Below are positions 18,777 to 28,636 of a stretch of 64,000 nt of DNA, one piece after another. Numbering within the stretch: position 1 is the first letter of the stretch; every line of letters starts with the position of its first letter. Both the position numbers and the translations under genes were made by a program. Origin of the DNA: an uncultured Bacteroides sp. (GTDB lineage: Bacteria > Bacteroidota > Bacteroidia > Bacteroidales > Bacteroidaceae); assembly GCA_947074235.1 (NCBI GenBank), contig CAMTOV010000001.1:25744-89743 (forward strand), written 5' to 3'. The notes below the pieces were generated by a model. The model did no database searches, was not told where the DNA came from, and saw only the letters and a program-made list of their open reading frames with translations.

Positions 18777-20060
18777 TTATTCTGTAGGAATATTAGTATT
18801 TACATTTTTGCAACCTGCAAGAGCATAGTATAGAAGATATGCCAAGGCTACTGCAATTACGATGAAGCTTGTCATAAAACCAACGCCATCGGCTACACCA
18901 CCTTGCAATAATGGAAGTAAACCACCACCGCATACCATTACCATGAAGAAACCGGCAGCTGTTTCTGTATATTTACCTAAGCCTTCTACAGCTAAGTTGA
19001 AGATTGCACCCCACATGATAGATGTACATAATCCACACAATGCCATGCACATGATGCTTACAGGTACTTCTGCAAGACCGAATGAAATAGATGCTCCACC
19101 TTTAAATACAGGCATATCAACTGTAGTGGTAAGTGGCGTAATAAATGCAGTACCGATAAAGATTAATCCTAATAATGACGCTGTAACAAGCATTGCTTTA
19201 CTTGAAAATTTAGCACCAACTGATGCACCAATAAGACGGCCAATAAGCATTAAAAACCAATATGTTCCAACTACAGAACCTGCAATAGCTGGATCTATAG
19301 CTAAACCGCCATCTGCAAGCTGTGCTGTCATAAATAAGTTGGCAAAGTGAGGAATACCTACTTCGATACCTACATAAACGAAGATAGCTACAGCACCCAA
19401 TTTAAAGTGACGGAACGAAAGAGGACTGTATGGTCCTTTTTCTTGTTTAGGTTTTGCCAAGCTAGGCTCAGGAATAGCCATAAGGAATAATACAAGGAAT
19501 GCGATAGCAAAAATAGCCATTGCAATGTAAAGAGCAGGAAGCGCTTTTGCAATTGTACGTTCGCTTACATTCGCACCCATTAAATATCCTACAAGGATAG
19601 GAACGATAGTTGCTGAAAGTGAATTTAATGAACCTCCAGTTTGGATAAGTTGGTTACCTTTTTTGCCACCACCACCAAGGGTGTTAAGCATAGGGTTGAC
19701 TACTGTATTCAACATACACATAGAAAAACCAGAAACAAACGCACCGGTTACGTATACAGCAAATCCCCATTGAGAAGATAATGCTTGAATTCCTACACCG
19801 ATAAATCCAACTGCAATTGCTATTAAAGCAGTTTTCTTATAACCAATTTTTTGTAGTAATATCCCAGAAGGAATACCCATAAAGAAATACGCAATAAAAT
19901 TGGCAGCAAACCCTAGAGTTGCTTGTAAATTAGTTGCGCCGAATTCACTTTGTACAATAACTCCGAAAGGCGCGGGCAATCCCGTAACAAAGGAGATCAT
20001 TGCAAATAAAGCAAACATCATTGCTATTGGCAACAAATAGCTCTTTTTCTGTTGTGTCAT
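18777..20060 (-). CDS. MFS sugar transporter, FucP/GluP family (glucose/galactose)
   Basis: About 12 TM segments with GYKK, VNP and YVGIEVG motifs. Lies between galM and galK. Confidence 0.9.
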   Translation of the reverse strand: MTQQKKSYLLPIAMMFALFAMISFVTGLPAPFGVIVQSEFGATNLQATLGFAANFIAYFFMGIPSGILLQKIGYKKTALIAIAVGFIGVGIQALSSQWGFAVYVTGAFVSGFSMCMLNTVVNPMLNTLGGGGKKGNQLIQTGGSLNSLSATIVPILVGYLMGANVSERTIAKALPALYIAMAIFAIAFLVLFLMAIPEPSLAKPKQEKGPYSPLSFRHFKLGAVAIFVYVGIEVGIPHFANLFMTAQLADGGLAIDPAIAGSVVGTYWFLMLIGRLIGASVGAKFSSKAMLVTASLLGLIFIGTAFITPLTTTVDMPVFKGGASISFGLAEVPVSIMCMALCGLCTSIMWGAIFNLAVEGLGKYTETAAGFFMVMVCGGGLLPLLQGGVADGVGFMTSFIVIAVALAYLLYYALAGCKNVNTNIPTE

Positions 20061-20130
20061 GATAAAAAATAAATGTTAGTTTATAAATAAAGTTAGTTGT
20101 GATTTAAAATTGATTTCAGTCGTGTTTGAA

Positions 20131-21228
20131 CTATTTTATAATATCAAATTTGTAAATAGTGATTTGTTGGTATTCATCTCCAGGAAGTAATACTGCACTT
20201 GGAAAATGTGGTTTGTTAGGCGTATCTGGAAAACATTGTGCTTCAAAACAAATTCCGCTTCTAGCTGGGAAGGTAGCTCCATGAGCTCCTTCAAAACCAT
20301 TCAACCAGTTTCCTGTATATAGTTGTACACCAGCTTCAGATGTATAAACTTCCATAGAACGTCCGCTTTTTGTGCTAACACATGTTGCAGCCAAATCTAA
20401 AGCTCCCGACTCTGTTTTATTTAAAACATAACAATGGTCATAACCTGTTCCGTATTTTAATTGCTGGAAGTCATCATTGATTCTTTCACCTATTGCATGA
20501 GGTTGCTTGAAATCCATAGGTGATTTATCAACTTTAAGAATTTCTCCAGTAGGAATAGAAACGTCATTGATTGGAGTATAAAAATCAGCATTGATTGTTA
20601 CAATGTGTTCTTCAATAGATGGAGTAGGAGTTGATATGCCTTCAAGATTGAAAAAGCTATGATTTGTGAGGTTTATTACAGTTGCTTTGTCTGTAGTTGC
20701 ACGATATTCAATAACTAATGCATTGGTATCATCTTCTAAACTATAAGTCATTTCTACCTCTAGTTTGCCAGGAAAGCCTTCTTCGCCGTCAGCGGAAGTA
20801 TATGTGAATACTATAGTCTTCTCATCGATTTGATTTGCATCCCAAACGCGAGCATGAAAACCAGTAGGACCTCCGTGAAGTGAGTTTGGACCATTATTGA
20901 TAGTCAGTTGGTGCTCCTCTCCAAATAGAGTGAATTTCCCTTTGGCTATACGATTGCCATATCTACCAATAACAGTGTTTAAAAAAGGTTCTGGACTGTT
21001 TACTACATGATCGATTGAATCGTGACCTAGAACTACATTTTCGTATTTACCATTTTTATCTGGAACCATGATTGAAAGAATAGCGCAACCATAATTAGTA
21101 ACAGCTACTTCCATTCCATTGTCATTTTTTAGTATATAAAGGTCGGTGTTTTTATTATTGATTTCTTTCTGAAATTTTTCACGATTTAAACCTGAAAGGT
21201 TTAATTTAGAGGCTTCGGTGTTATTCAT
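20131..21228 (-). CDS. galM: Aldose 1-epimerase (galactose mutarotase)
   Basis: GRYGNRIAKG, SLHGG, NLTNHSFFNL, YDHCY and CFEAQ motifs. Start probably MNNTE at 21228. Confidence 0.94.
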   Translation of the reverse strand: MNNTEASKLNLSGLNREKFQKEINNKNTDLYILKNDNGMEVAVTNYGCAILSIMVPDKNGKYENVVLGHDSIDHVVNSPEPFLNTVIGRYGNRIAKGKFTLFGEEHQLTINNGPNSLHGGPTGFHARVWDANQIDEKTIVFTYTSADGEEGFPGKLEVEMTYSLEDDTNALVIEYRATTDKATVINLTNHSFFNLEGISTPTPSIEEHIVTINADFYTPINDVSIPTGEILKVDKSPMDFKQPHAIGERINDDFQQLKYGTGYDHCYVLNKTESGALDLAATCVSTKSGRSMEVYTSEAGVQLYTGNWLNGFEGAHGATFPARSGICFEAQCFPDTPNKPHFPSAVLLPGDEYQQITIYKFDIIK

Positions 21229-21490
21229 AACATATAATTTAAATTTATGCAAATAAAGGGAATTTCTTTTGTACTCCCAAATTATATATTGGAAAACTAA
21301 TTGTGCTTTTAAATAAGTTTAGCGTTTACAATAATAACCTTTCCTTTGGTCTTGATTGTTGTTTAAATTGCATACTCGAAATATTAAATTAATAGGTTGA
21401 GTATGACTTGTTATTATTTTTTTTATAAATTTGTTGTCACAAATTATTTTGATATTATATAAAATTTAGAACTTAACAGTAAGTAAAACA

Positions 21491-22462
21491 ATGTATCCTT
21501 TAAAATTTGAGCCAATACTAAAGCAGATCCTTTGGGGTGGAGATAAAATCGTACCTTTTAAACATTTAAATTCGGACTTAAAAGGAGTAGGAGAGAGTTG
21601 GGAGATTTCCGGTGTAGCAAACAATGAATCAGTTGTGTCGAATGGTCCGGACAGAGGACTTACTTTAAATCAAATGGTAAGAAAGTACAGAGACGAACTA
21701 GTTGGCGAGTCTAATTATTCTCGATTTGGTGATTCTTTTCCGTTGTTGATAAAGTTTATTGATGCAAAACAAGACTTATCTATTCAGGTTCATCCCGATG
21801 ATGCGTTAGCCAAGAAACGCCATAATTCAAAAGGGAAAACGGAGATGTGGTATATTATTGACGCTGATAAAGGTGCAAAATTGAGATCGGGATTTTCAGA
21901 ATCAATTACCCCTAAAGAATATAAAGAGCGTGTACACAATAATACTATTACCGATGTTTTGCAAGAATACGAAATAAAATCGGGTGATGTATTTTTTCTT
22001 CCTGCTGGGAGAATTCATAGCATAGGTGCTGGGTCGTTTATAGCAGAAATACAGCAGACTTCCGATGTGACTTATCGTATATATGACTTTAATCGTACAG
22101 ACGATAAAGGAAATAAACGCGAACTTCATACTGAGTTGGCTCGTGAAGCTATCAATTATGAGGTCTTGGATGATTATAGAACCAGTTATGATTTGGAAAA
22201 GAATGAGCCTATTGAGTTAGTAGCCTGTCCTTATTTCACAACCTCAATTTATGATATGACAGAAGAGATAAGTTGTGATTATTCTGAACTCGACTCATTT
22301 GTCATTTTTATTTGTGTTGAAGGTAGTTGTACAATTATAGATAATGAAAAAAATGAATTAAGTTTGACGGCTGGTGAAACTATACTTTTGCCTGCTACTA
22401 CCCAAGATGTGAAGATTATCCCTAATGAGGGAGGTGTTAAAATCTTGGAGACCTACGTTTAG
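21491..22462 (+). CDS. manA: Mannose-6-phosphate isomerase class I
   Basis: WGG, GESWEIS, LLIKFIDA, LSIQVHP, GKTEMWY and EIQQTSDVTYRIYD motifs. Confidence 0.94.
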   Translation: MYPLKFEPILKQILWGGDKIVPFKHLNSDLKGVGESWEISGVANNESVVSNGPDRGLTLNQMVRKYRDELVGESNYSRFGDSFPLLIKFIDAKQDLSIQVHPDDALAKKRHNSKGKTEMWYIIDADKGAKLRSGFSESITPKEYKERVHNNTITDVLQEYEIKSGDVFFLPAGRIHSIGAGSFIAEIQQTSDVTYRIYDFNRTDDKGNKRELHTELAREAINYEVLDDYRTSYDLEKNEPIELVACPYFTTSIYDMTEEISCDYSELDSFVIFICVEGSCTIIDNEKNELSLTAGETILLPATTQDVKIIPNEGGVKILETYV

Positions 22463-22477
22463 TATTAAACTCTAGAT

Positions 22478-22524
22478 AAAAAGAAAATAGGAATAAGATT
22501 TAATCTTATTCCTATTTTCTTTTT
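22478..22524. terminator. Bidirectional terminator / near-perfect palindrome
   Basis: 23-bp perfect arms AAAAAGAAAATAGGAATAAGATT / AATCTTATTCCTATTTTCTTTTT around one base. It overlaps the stop codon of the convergent gene. Confidence 0.8.
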
Positions 22525-22781
22525 TTATGATTTTTGGTAAATAACTTCTTTAATCTACCTATCGTTTTCATTCCCAGCATTACCCCATCAAAAATTGCCA
22601 TTCCTGTATTAACAGTTCTCATTAGAGATTCGGCCTTTGTAGTGGCAGGTTCTAAAGGAGCAAATATCATCTGCACCGTCTCGCTTATAACTTCTTTTTG
22701 AAAAAGAATCTCATCTAACTTTTGTTGTTTCTGAAATTCTATATCTTCTAATGTTATTTTGGGATTCTTGAGCGTACTCAT
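22512..22781 (-). CDS. Hypothetical protein (third gene of YtxH trio)
   Basis: 89-aa ORF, tightly coupled to the upstream genes, with a basic C-terminus. Confidence 0.75.
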   Translation of the reverse strand: MSTLKNPKITLEDIEFQKQQKLDEILFQKEVISETVQMIFAPLEPATTKAESLMRTVNTGMAIFDGVMLGMKTIGRLKKLFTKNHKKRK

Positions 22782-22787
22782 GGTTTA

Positions 22788-23147
22788 TTACTTTTGAGAA
22801 TTTAAAAACAGGTTAGCCAAAAAGTTAACAATAGGCTTTATGATTAACTCTTTACGGAATATAGCTATTATACTACATATCACAACTAGTATTAAAACTA
22901 TTATTCCAAAACTTGCTGACAATCCGCCTACTCCTGGGGCAATTAAATAAGCTAATGCAAAAAGTAAATAAAACAGAGCCATCAATCCCAAACCTATCAG
23001 AATAACTATCATGATTAAAGTTGAAAAAAGCTTTGTTAGTTTTTCAACAATTTCTAATTTAGTATACTCCTTTTGTAAGTCAATATATTTTCTAAATTCT
23101 AAAAATAATTGCTTGAAGTTTTCTATGCTACTGTCGTCTGAAAACAT
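22788..23147 (-). CDS. Two-TM membrane protein (phage-holin-like/YqjE-like family)
   Basis: Amphipathic N-terminus followed by two long TM helices. Follows the YtxH gene. Confidence 0.75.
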   Translation of the reverse strand: MFSDDSSIENFKQLFLEFRKYIDLQKEYTKLEIVEKLTKLFSTLIMIVILIGLGLMALFYLLFALAYLIAPGVGGLSASFGIIVLILVVICSIIAIFRKELIIKPIVNFLANLFLNSQK

Positions 23148-23174
23148 GATGGCTCCGTTTTAAATTTAAATTAT

Positions 23175-23378
23175 TTATTCTACGTCTTTAAGTTCTGATG
23201 TAATCTCATCTACAAGACTTTCCATATCCACATGGCTTAAACGAATACCTTTTTTACGAAGAATTTCTACTATTTTACCACGAGTGTCTTCTCCTTTTTC
23301 AGGTGCAAACAAGATACCAATAGCAGCTCCAACAGCTGCACCACCTAAAAATGCTGCTAATACATTAATTCCTTTCAT
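23175..23378 (-). CDS. YtxH domain protein
   Basis: FLGGAAVGAAIGILFAPEKGEDTR signature. Confidence 0.9.
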   Translation of the reverse strand: MKGINVLAAFLGGAAVGAAIGILFAPEKGEDTRGKIVEILRKKGIRLSHVDMESLVDEITSELKDVE

Positions 23379-23489
23379 AATTATATTCTTTTTAAAGTTA
23401 TCTTACTACAAATATAACATTATAAAAGAAAGTATGTTTTAAAAAAAAGAAAAACTTTTCTTTTTCCTTGCAAAAATTAAAGCTAGTAT

Positions 23490-24461
23490 TTAATATACTA
23501 GCTTTACATTATCTATCCAAAATGAATTGCCAGGCGATCCTATATAGGCACCTCCATGGCTTGAAGTAAATTGCAACATCAAGTGTGTAGGCTCTTCATT
23601 GGTTTCTCCCCAGCCCACTTCAACAACTTTTGTATTCTCTCCTTTACTATTCATTGTATATCGTTCGTCAGCATTCAAACGCATCAATTGAGGTCTATAT
23701 GATGGATGACCTGTAATGTCGCCATATAAAATCTCGTAGGTTGCATTATTTTGCCAATCGGGTGTTGTTGTGTCATAATAAACAACCATTGTTCCTATTC
23801 TTTTTGCGTAAATGTTGCCATTGCTGTCTTCCCAACGTTTTTGCAAACCTAATATTGTAGCAGCATAGTCTTGTCCATCAACAGTTGTTTTCTTTCCAAA
23901 TCCTGTAGCTTTTACTCTATTTTTAGAATCGGCCATTTTAATTTTGTAGTCATATTGTATAGCTAGAGGTTTCTCTGTAAAAGGAATACCCATTTGCAAC
24001 ATTTTATTAGGATTCTTTGTGCTCTTGATAGGTTCGAATACTGAGCCTAAAAAAACAGAACCTGCTGCCAATACGGTTATGTCTACAATACCAAATACTT
24101 TTACGCTTTCCATTCTTGTGTCAAGTCTTACGCAATACCCATTCCCTCTTTTTTCTGGAAATGCCGAAGTGTTGGTTTTGGTAATACCAGCAACTTTTGC
24201 CATCACATTCGAAGTTCCCCAAGGCGATCCTCCTAAGTTTTCATAAGCATTGTCGCCTTTTATAGTTTGTGTGGGTCCTACTTCGTAGACGTATTTTGTG
24301 TTGCCACCTATAATACTTGATTCTTTAATTTCGCGAGTAATCCATTGATCCATATCGCCAAATGGAATCATTTTAATATTTTCTTGACTCCACAAATTAT
24401 TGCATGTACACAATAAAATAATTATAGCTGTAGCAAAACGCCATTGTTTTATACTAATCAT
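23490..24461 (-). CDS. PCMD (putative carbohydrate metabolism domain) secreted protein
   Basis: Signal peptide, WGTSN, AAGSVFLG, GIPFTEKP and PTHLMLQFTSS…GNSFWIDN. Confidence 0.8.
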   Translation of the reverse strand: MISIKQWRFATAIIILLCTCNNLWSQENIKMIPFGDMDQWITREIKESSIIGGNTKYVYEVGPTQTIKGDNAYENLGGSPWGTSNVMAKVAGITKTNTSAFPEKRGNGYCVRLDTRMESVKVFGIVDITVLAAGSVFLGSVFEPIKSTKNPNKMLQMGIPFTEKPLAIQYDYKIKMADSKNRVKATGFGKKTTVDGQDYAATILGLQKRWEDSNGNIYAKRIGTMVVYYDTTTPDWQNNATYEILYGDITGHPSYRPQLMRLNADERYTMNSKGENTKVVEVGWGETNEEPTHLMLQFTSSHGGAYIGSPGNSFWIDNVKLVY

Positions 24462-24491
24462 TTCTGCTCCTTTCTATATCTTTAAAAAAAA

Positions 24492-25598
24492 TTACAATTG
24501 GTAGTCCCATTGCTTCAAAGCAAAGTCCCAATTCTCTTGTACTAGCTTAATAGTACGTTCATCGTATTGATATTTATTTTTTTTATATCCTTTTTTGCCG
24601 CCAACATATTTTTCAATATCGGCTTTAGCTTCTTCATATCCCGGAATAGATAATGTTTTGTATATCTTTTCCGTCATGCCCATAGCATCTGCTTCAAAAT
24701 CTTCAAACTTTATTTCCATTAAGTTTCCTTCTGGAATATATTGTTTGTCTTCCTCGTATTTATGATATAGTTTGGCGTAAATAGAAAGAATGTTTTTTTC
24801 TAACTCCTCGTTACTTATGTCTTGTAGTTTGAGGGGTTGAATTGTATTTGTGAAAAAGCTTCTAGTTGATTCAAATACAGTATACGGATTGCGCATCAAA
24901 TAGATGAATTTTGCATTTGGGAACATTTTTACCAGCTCTTTTACTCTTCCTGTGTGAGGAGGGTTCTTGCTAAGAAATTGTGTTCCTTTAGTATTCCATA
25001 AAGAAATTTTGATTAGCTTAGTAAATACGTCTTCAAAAGTTTTTAGTTCGTTTTCTGATATATCATTAAACAATAAATACTTGTCAGCATATTCTTGCTG
25101 ATTTCTAGGCAAGAACCAGAAATTATAATAAGTATATGGCATCATATTTGCCAATGCAAACTCCTCTTCTTGAGGTAAGTCTACAGCCAATTCCATATTG
25201 TCAGTAGGGCGTTTATCTGGCATCAACCAACTCATGTTCTTTTTAAAGAACGGTTGTCCCCACATCATTAAGTGTGGAAATACGGTTTGGTAAGTAGTAT
25301 TATAACCAAAATGCTTGTCACACGAAAATACATTGTGTACAAAGGTTGTACCACTTCTCCAGTGTCCAAGTATAAATACCGGATCGTGTTCGAGTGGTTT
25401 ATCAGCTAATCGATTTTTATATCTTCTATCCTGAATAGGAGATAGAGTAGATAATAATCTACACACTGCTTTTGTAAGATGATATTTCTTTTTGTATGCA
25501 GGGTCTATCTCCTGATTTTTAGTAATTGCCTTAAATGTCTTCCAATCTGCCCCAACAAGGGTGTTGATTGGTAGTTTATTAAACTCTAATAATCCCAT
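24492..25598 (-). CDS. PAPS-dependent sulfotransferase
   Basis: 5'-PSB motif FILGHWRSGTT, plus KNPPHT, AKFIYLMRNP and FEDF. Confidence 0.92.
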   Translation of the reverse strand: MGLLEFNKLPINTLVGADWKTFKAITKNQEIDPAYKKKYHLTKAVCRLLSTLSPIQDRRYKNRLADKPLEHDPVFILGHWRSGTTFVHNVFSCDKHFGYNTTYQTVFPHLMMWGQPFFKKNMSWLMPDKRPTDNMELAVDLPQEEEFALANMMPYTYYNFWFLPRNQQEYADKYLLFNDISENELKTFEDVFTKLIKISLWNTKGTQFLSKNPPHTGRVKELVKMFPNAKFIYLMRNPYTVFESTRSFFTNTIQPLKLQDISNEELEKNILSIYAKLYHKYEEDKQYIPEGNLMEIKFEDFEADAMGMTEKIYKTLSIPGYEEAKADIEKYVGGKKGYKKNKYQYDERTIKLVQENWDFALKQWDYQL

Positions 25599-25622
25599 TT
25601 CTATGATTATTTAATAAATGAT

Positions 25623-27056
25623 TTATTTCACAAGATTGATTGCAACACCTAGTCTATCCAACTCTTTTATCACTTTCTCTATCGACTCAAAATGCTCGGG
25701 AGAAATGCCTAATTGACTTAAATTGATGGTTGGTGTGATATCATGACTTGTCAAACTATCTTTTTCTACTCTATCAATAATCATTCCTACTGCACTTGTG
25801 TTGTTTGTGATAGGGTCGATTAAGATAAAAGCACCACATGACTTGTTTTTTTGATACGAGTCAAAGAATATTGTTTTGGCAGTAGTCACTACAACACGAG
25901 CAATTTCGTTTAGAGATAAGAACTCTACTTTAGAATGCTCCATTGTATTTACATCCACCTTATATTTAATATTGTCTATGCGAGAACGACAAGTATTGGT
26001 GGTTTGTTTTATAAAATATGACTTACTGATGTCCATAGGTTCTTCATCCATCCAAACAAGCATTGCTTCAAAATTTCGATCTTCTATTGGAAGATTATCA
26101 GGATGAACTAACATTTCACCACGCGATACATCAATTTCATCTTCAAGAGTCAATGTAATAGATTGAGGTGGGAATGCATAGTCAAGTTCTCCGTCATAAG
26201 TTACGATGCTCTTGATACGAGATGTTTTACCAGAAGGCAAAGCCATTACAGAATCGCCTTTGCGCACAATACCCGAAGATACTTTTCCACAGAAGCCTCT
26301 AAAATCTAAATTAGGGCGTAGCACATATTGCACAGGGAAACGGAAATCTTTTAGGTTGTTATCATTATCAATATGAACTGTTTCTAGAAAATCTAGAAGC
26401 GATAAGCCTTTGTACCAGGGTGTTCTTTCTGATTTCTCTACAACATTATCTCCTTGTAGTGCAGATAAAGGAATGCACTGCACATCAGGAATATTTAAGG
26501 GCTCAACAAATTTTCTATATTCGGCTACAATCTCATTGAAACGATCTTCAGAAAAATCTACAAGGTCCATCTTATTGACTGCCAATACTACATGCTTGAT
26601 TCCTAATAGAGAAACTAAAAATGTGTGACGACGAGTTTGCGTGATAACACCCATACGTGCATCTACCAATATAATTGCAAGATTGGCTGTTGAACCACCT
26701 GTTATCATATTGCGAGTATACTGTTCATGTCCTGGAGTATCAGCAATGATAAACTTACGATTGTTTGTCGAAAAATATCTATAAGCCACATCAATTGTGA
26801 TGCCTTGTTCGCGTTCAGCTTTCAAGCCATCAAGTAGCAAAGCATAGTCAATATTTTCTCCTGCATTTCCTAAACGCTTGCTGTCTCTTTCAAGTGCATC
26901 AAGTTGGTCTTCATATAGTTTTTTGCTATCAAACAACAGGCGTCCTATTAGTGTTGATTTTCCATCATCTACCGATCCGGCAGTTAGCAGTCGAAGCAAA
27001 TCTTTTTGTTCATCCTTGTCAAGGAATGCTTTTATATCTAAATTGTTTTCTGTCAT
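25623..27056 (-). CDS. cysN: Sulfate adenylyltransferase subunit 1
   Basis: [42 protein letters not shown] and NKMD motifs. Confidence 0.96.
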   Translation of the reverse strand: MTENNLDIKAFLDKDEQKDLLRLLTAGSVDDGKSTLIGRLLFDSKKLYEDQLDALERDSKRLGNAGENIDYALLLDGLKAEREQGITIDVAYRYFSTNNRKFIIADTPGHEQYTRNMITGGSTANLAIILVDARMGVITQTRRHTFLVSLLGIKHVVLAVNKMDLVDFSEDRFNEIVAEYRKFVEPLNIPDVQCIPLSALQGDNVVEKSERTPWYKGLSLLDFLETVHIDNDNNLKDFRFPVQYVLRPNLDFRGFCGKVSSGIVRKGDSVMALPSGKTSRIKSIVTYDGELDYAFPPQSITLTLEDEIDVSRGEMLVHPDNLPIEDRNFEAMLVWMDEEPMDISKSYFIKQTTNTCRSRIDNIKYKVDVNTMEHSKVEFLSLNEIARVVVTTAKTIFFDSYQKNKSCGAFILIDPITNNTSAVGMIIDRVEKDSLTSHDITPTINLSQLGISPEHFESIEKVIKELDRLGVAINLVK

Positions 27057-27067
27057 AATGGTAATAA

Positions 27068-27979
27068 TTAAAAATAACCCTCACGTTTTTTCTGCTCCAT
27101 ACTACCTTCTTGGTCGAAGTCGATAACGCGAGTTGTACGTTCGCTCTTAGTAGTAGTCATCATTTCTTCTACAATTTCTTCGATGGTATCTGCCTTGCTA
27201 TCAATAGCACCTGTAAGTGGCCAGCAACCTAATGTGCGGAAGCGTACATTGCGCATTTTAACTTGATCACGATATTTCTCTGGCAAGCGTTCATCGTCTG
27301 CCATGATAAGGTTACCATCCATCTCAACGATTGGTCGCTCTTTGGCATAATACAAAGGAACGATAGGAATATTCTCCAATCGAATATATTGCCAAATATC
27401 TAGTTCTGTCCAGTTGCTCAAAGGAAAAACGCGAATGCTTTCACCTTTATGCACACGGGCATTGTATATATCCCATAGTTCAGGACGTTGATTCTTAGGA
27501 TCCCATTGATGGAAGTTATCTCTAAAAGAGAATATACGTTCTTTGGCACGAGATTTTTCTTCATCTCTACGTGCTCCGCCAAAGGCTGCATCAAATTTAT
27601 ATTTGTCAAGAGCTGCAAGCAATGCTTTAGTTTTCATTAAGTCGGTATGCACTTTGCTACCGTGCGAAAATGGCCCTACGCCTGCTTCAAAAGCTTCAGT
27701 ATTGCTTTCTACAATAAGATTCCAGCCATGTTTTTTGGCATAGTTATCACGAAATTCTATCATTTCCTGAAACTTCCATTTAGAATCAATGTGCATTAAA
27801 GGAAATGGAACTTTGCCAGGATAAAAAGCCTTTTCGGCCAATCTCACCATCACAGAAGAGTCTTTTCCTATACTGTATAGCATTACAGGATTTTCAAACT
27901 CGGCAGCAACTTCACGAATGATGTGTATTGCCTCTGCTTCGAGTTCTCTTAGATGGCTTAATTTATATTCTTCTTTCAT
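27068..27979 (-). CDS. cysD: Sulfate adenylyltransferase subunit 2
   Basis: [29 protein letters not shown] and KKREGYF motifs. Confidence 0.97.
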   Translation of the reverse strand: MKEEYKLSHLRELEAEAIHIIREVAAEFENPVMLYSIGKDSSVMVRLAEKAFYPGKVPFPLMHIDSKWKFQEMIEFRDNYAKKHGWNLIVESNTEAFEAGVGPFSHGSKVHTDLMKTKALLAALDKYKFDAAFGGARRDEEKSRAKERIFSFRDNFHQWDPKNQRPELWDIYNARVHKGESIRVFPLSNWTELDIWQYIRLENIPIVPLYYAKERPIVEMDGNLIMADDERLPEKYRDQVKMRNVRFRTLGCWPLTGAIDSKADTIEEIVEEMMTTTKSERTTRVIDFDQEGSMEQKKREGYF

Positions 27980-28021
27980 ATATAAATGTTTTTATTTTCA
28001 ATTTTAATCCCTTACTCAAGA

Positions 28022-28624
28022 TTATTGAGAAACCATTGGTAGTATTAGTTCCAAAAGTTTGTTGATTGATTCTTCAAGAGTAAGTTTGGAAGTGTCTAGC
28101 GATAAAGTAGGGTTTTTAGGTACTTCAAATGGCGCTGATATACCGGTAAAGTTTTTAATCTCACCTTTACGAGCTTTTGCATAAAGTCCTTTCACGTCAC
28201 GTCTTTCGCATTCTTCCAAAGGAGTGCTAACATAAATTTCAAGAAAATGTTCTTTGCCTATGATATCAGCAGCCATATCGCGAATGTCGTCGTTGGGGCT
28301 GATAAAGGCCGCAATTGTGATAATGCCGGTGTCGATAAATAGTTTCGATACCTCAGCTATTCTACGAATATTTTCAACTCTATCTGTTTCAGAGAATCCT
28401 AAGTTGTTGTTGATTCCGCTACGAATATTATCACCATCTAAAATGCGACAAAGCAAACCGCGCTTATGAAGCTCGCGTTCTAAAGCTATAGCAATGGTGC
28501 TCTTGCCCGAACCGCTTAGCCCTGTGAACCAAATCATCACACTTTTCTGCTTGAGTAACTCTTCTTTGTCTTGTCTTGCCAACATTCGATCAAAGATGGG
28601 ATATATTAAATTCTTATCTTCCAT
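28022..28624 (-). CDS. cysC: Adenylyl-sulfate kinase
   Basis: WFTGLSGSGKST, LDGDNIR, RDVKGLY and FTGISAPFE motifs. Confidence 0.97.
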   Translation of the reverse strand: MEDKNLIYPIFDRMLARQDKEELLKQKSVMIWFTGLSGSGKSTIAIALERELHKRGLLCRILDGDNIRSGINNNLGFSETDRVENIRRIAEVSKLFIDTGIITIAAFISPNDDIRDMAADIIGKEHFLEIYVSTPLEECERRDVKGLYAKARKGEIKNFTGISAPFEVPKNPTLSLDTSKLTLEESINKLLELILPMVSQ

Positions 28625-28636
28625 GATTGTTTTTAT

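Noticed and set aside
22788-23147. Holin-like gene (with a GH25 lysozyme elsewhere in the window) as a prophage remnant
   Set aside because: The genes are 20 kb apart with no phage genes. The YtxH/holin-like trio and the anchored GH25 look like ordinary chromosomal genes.
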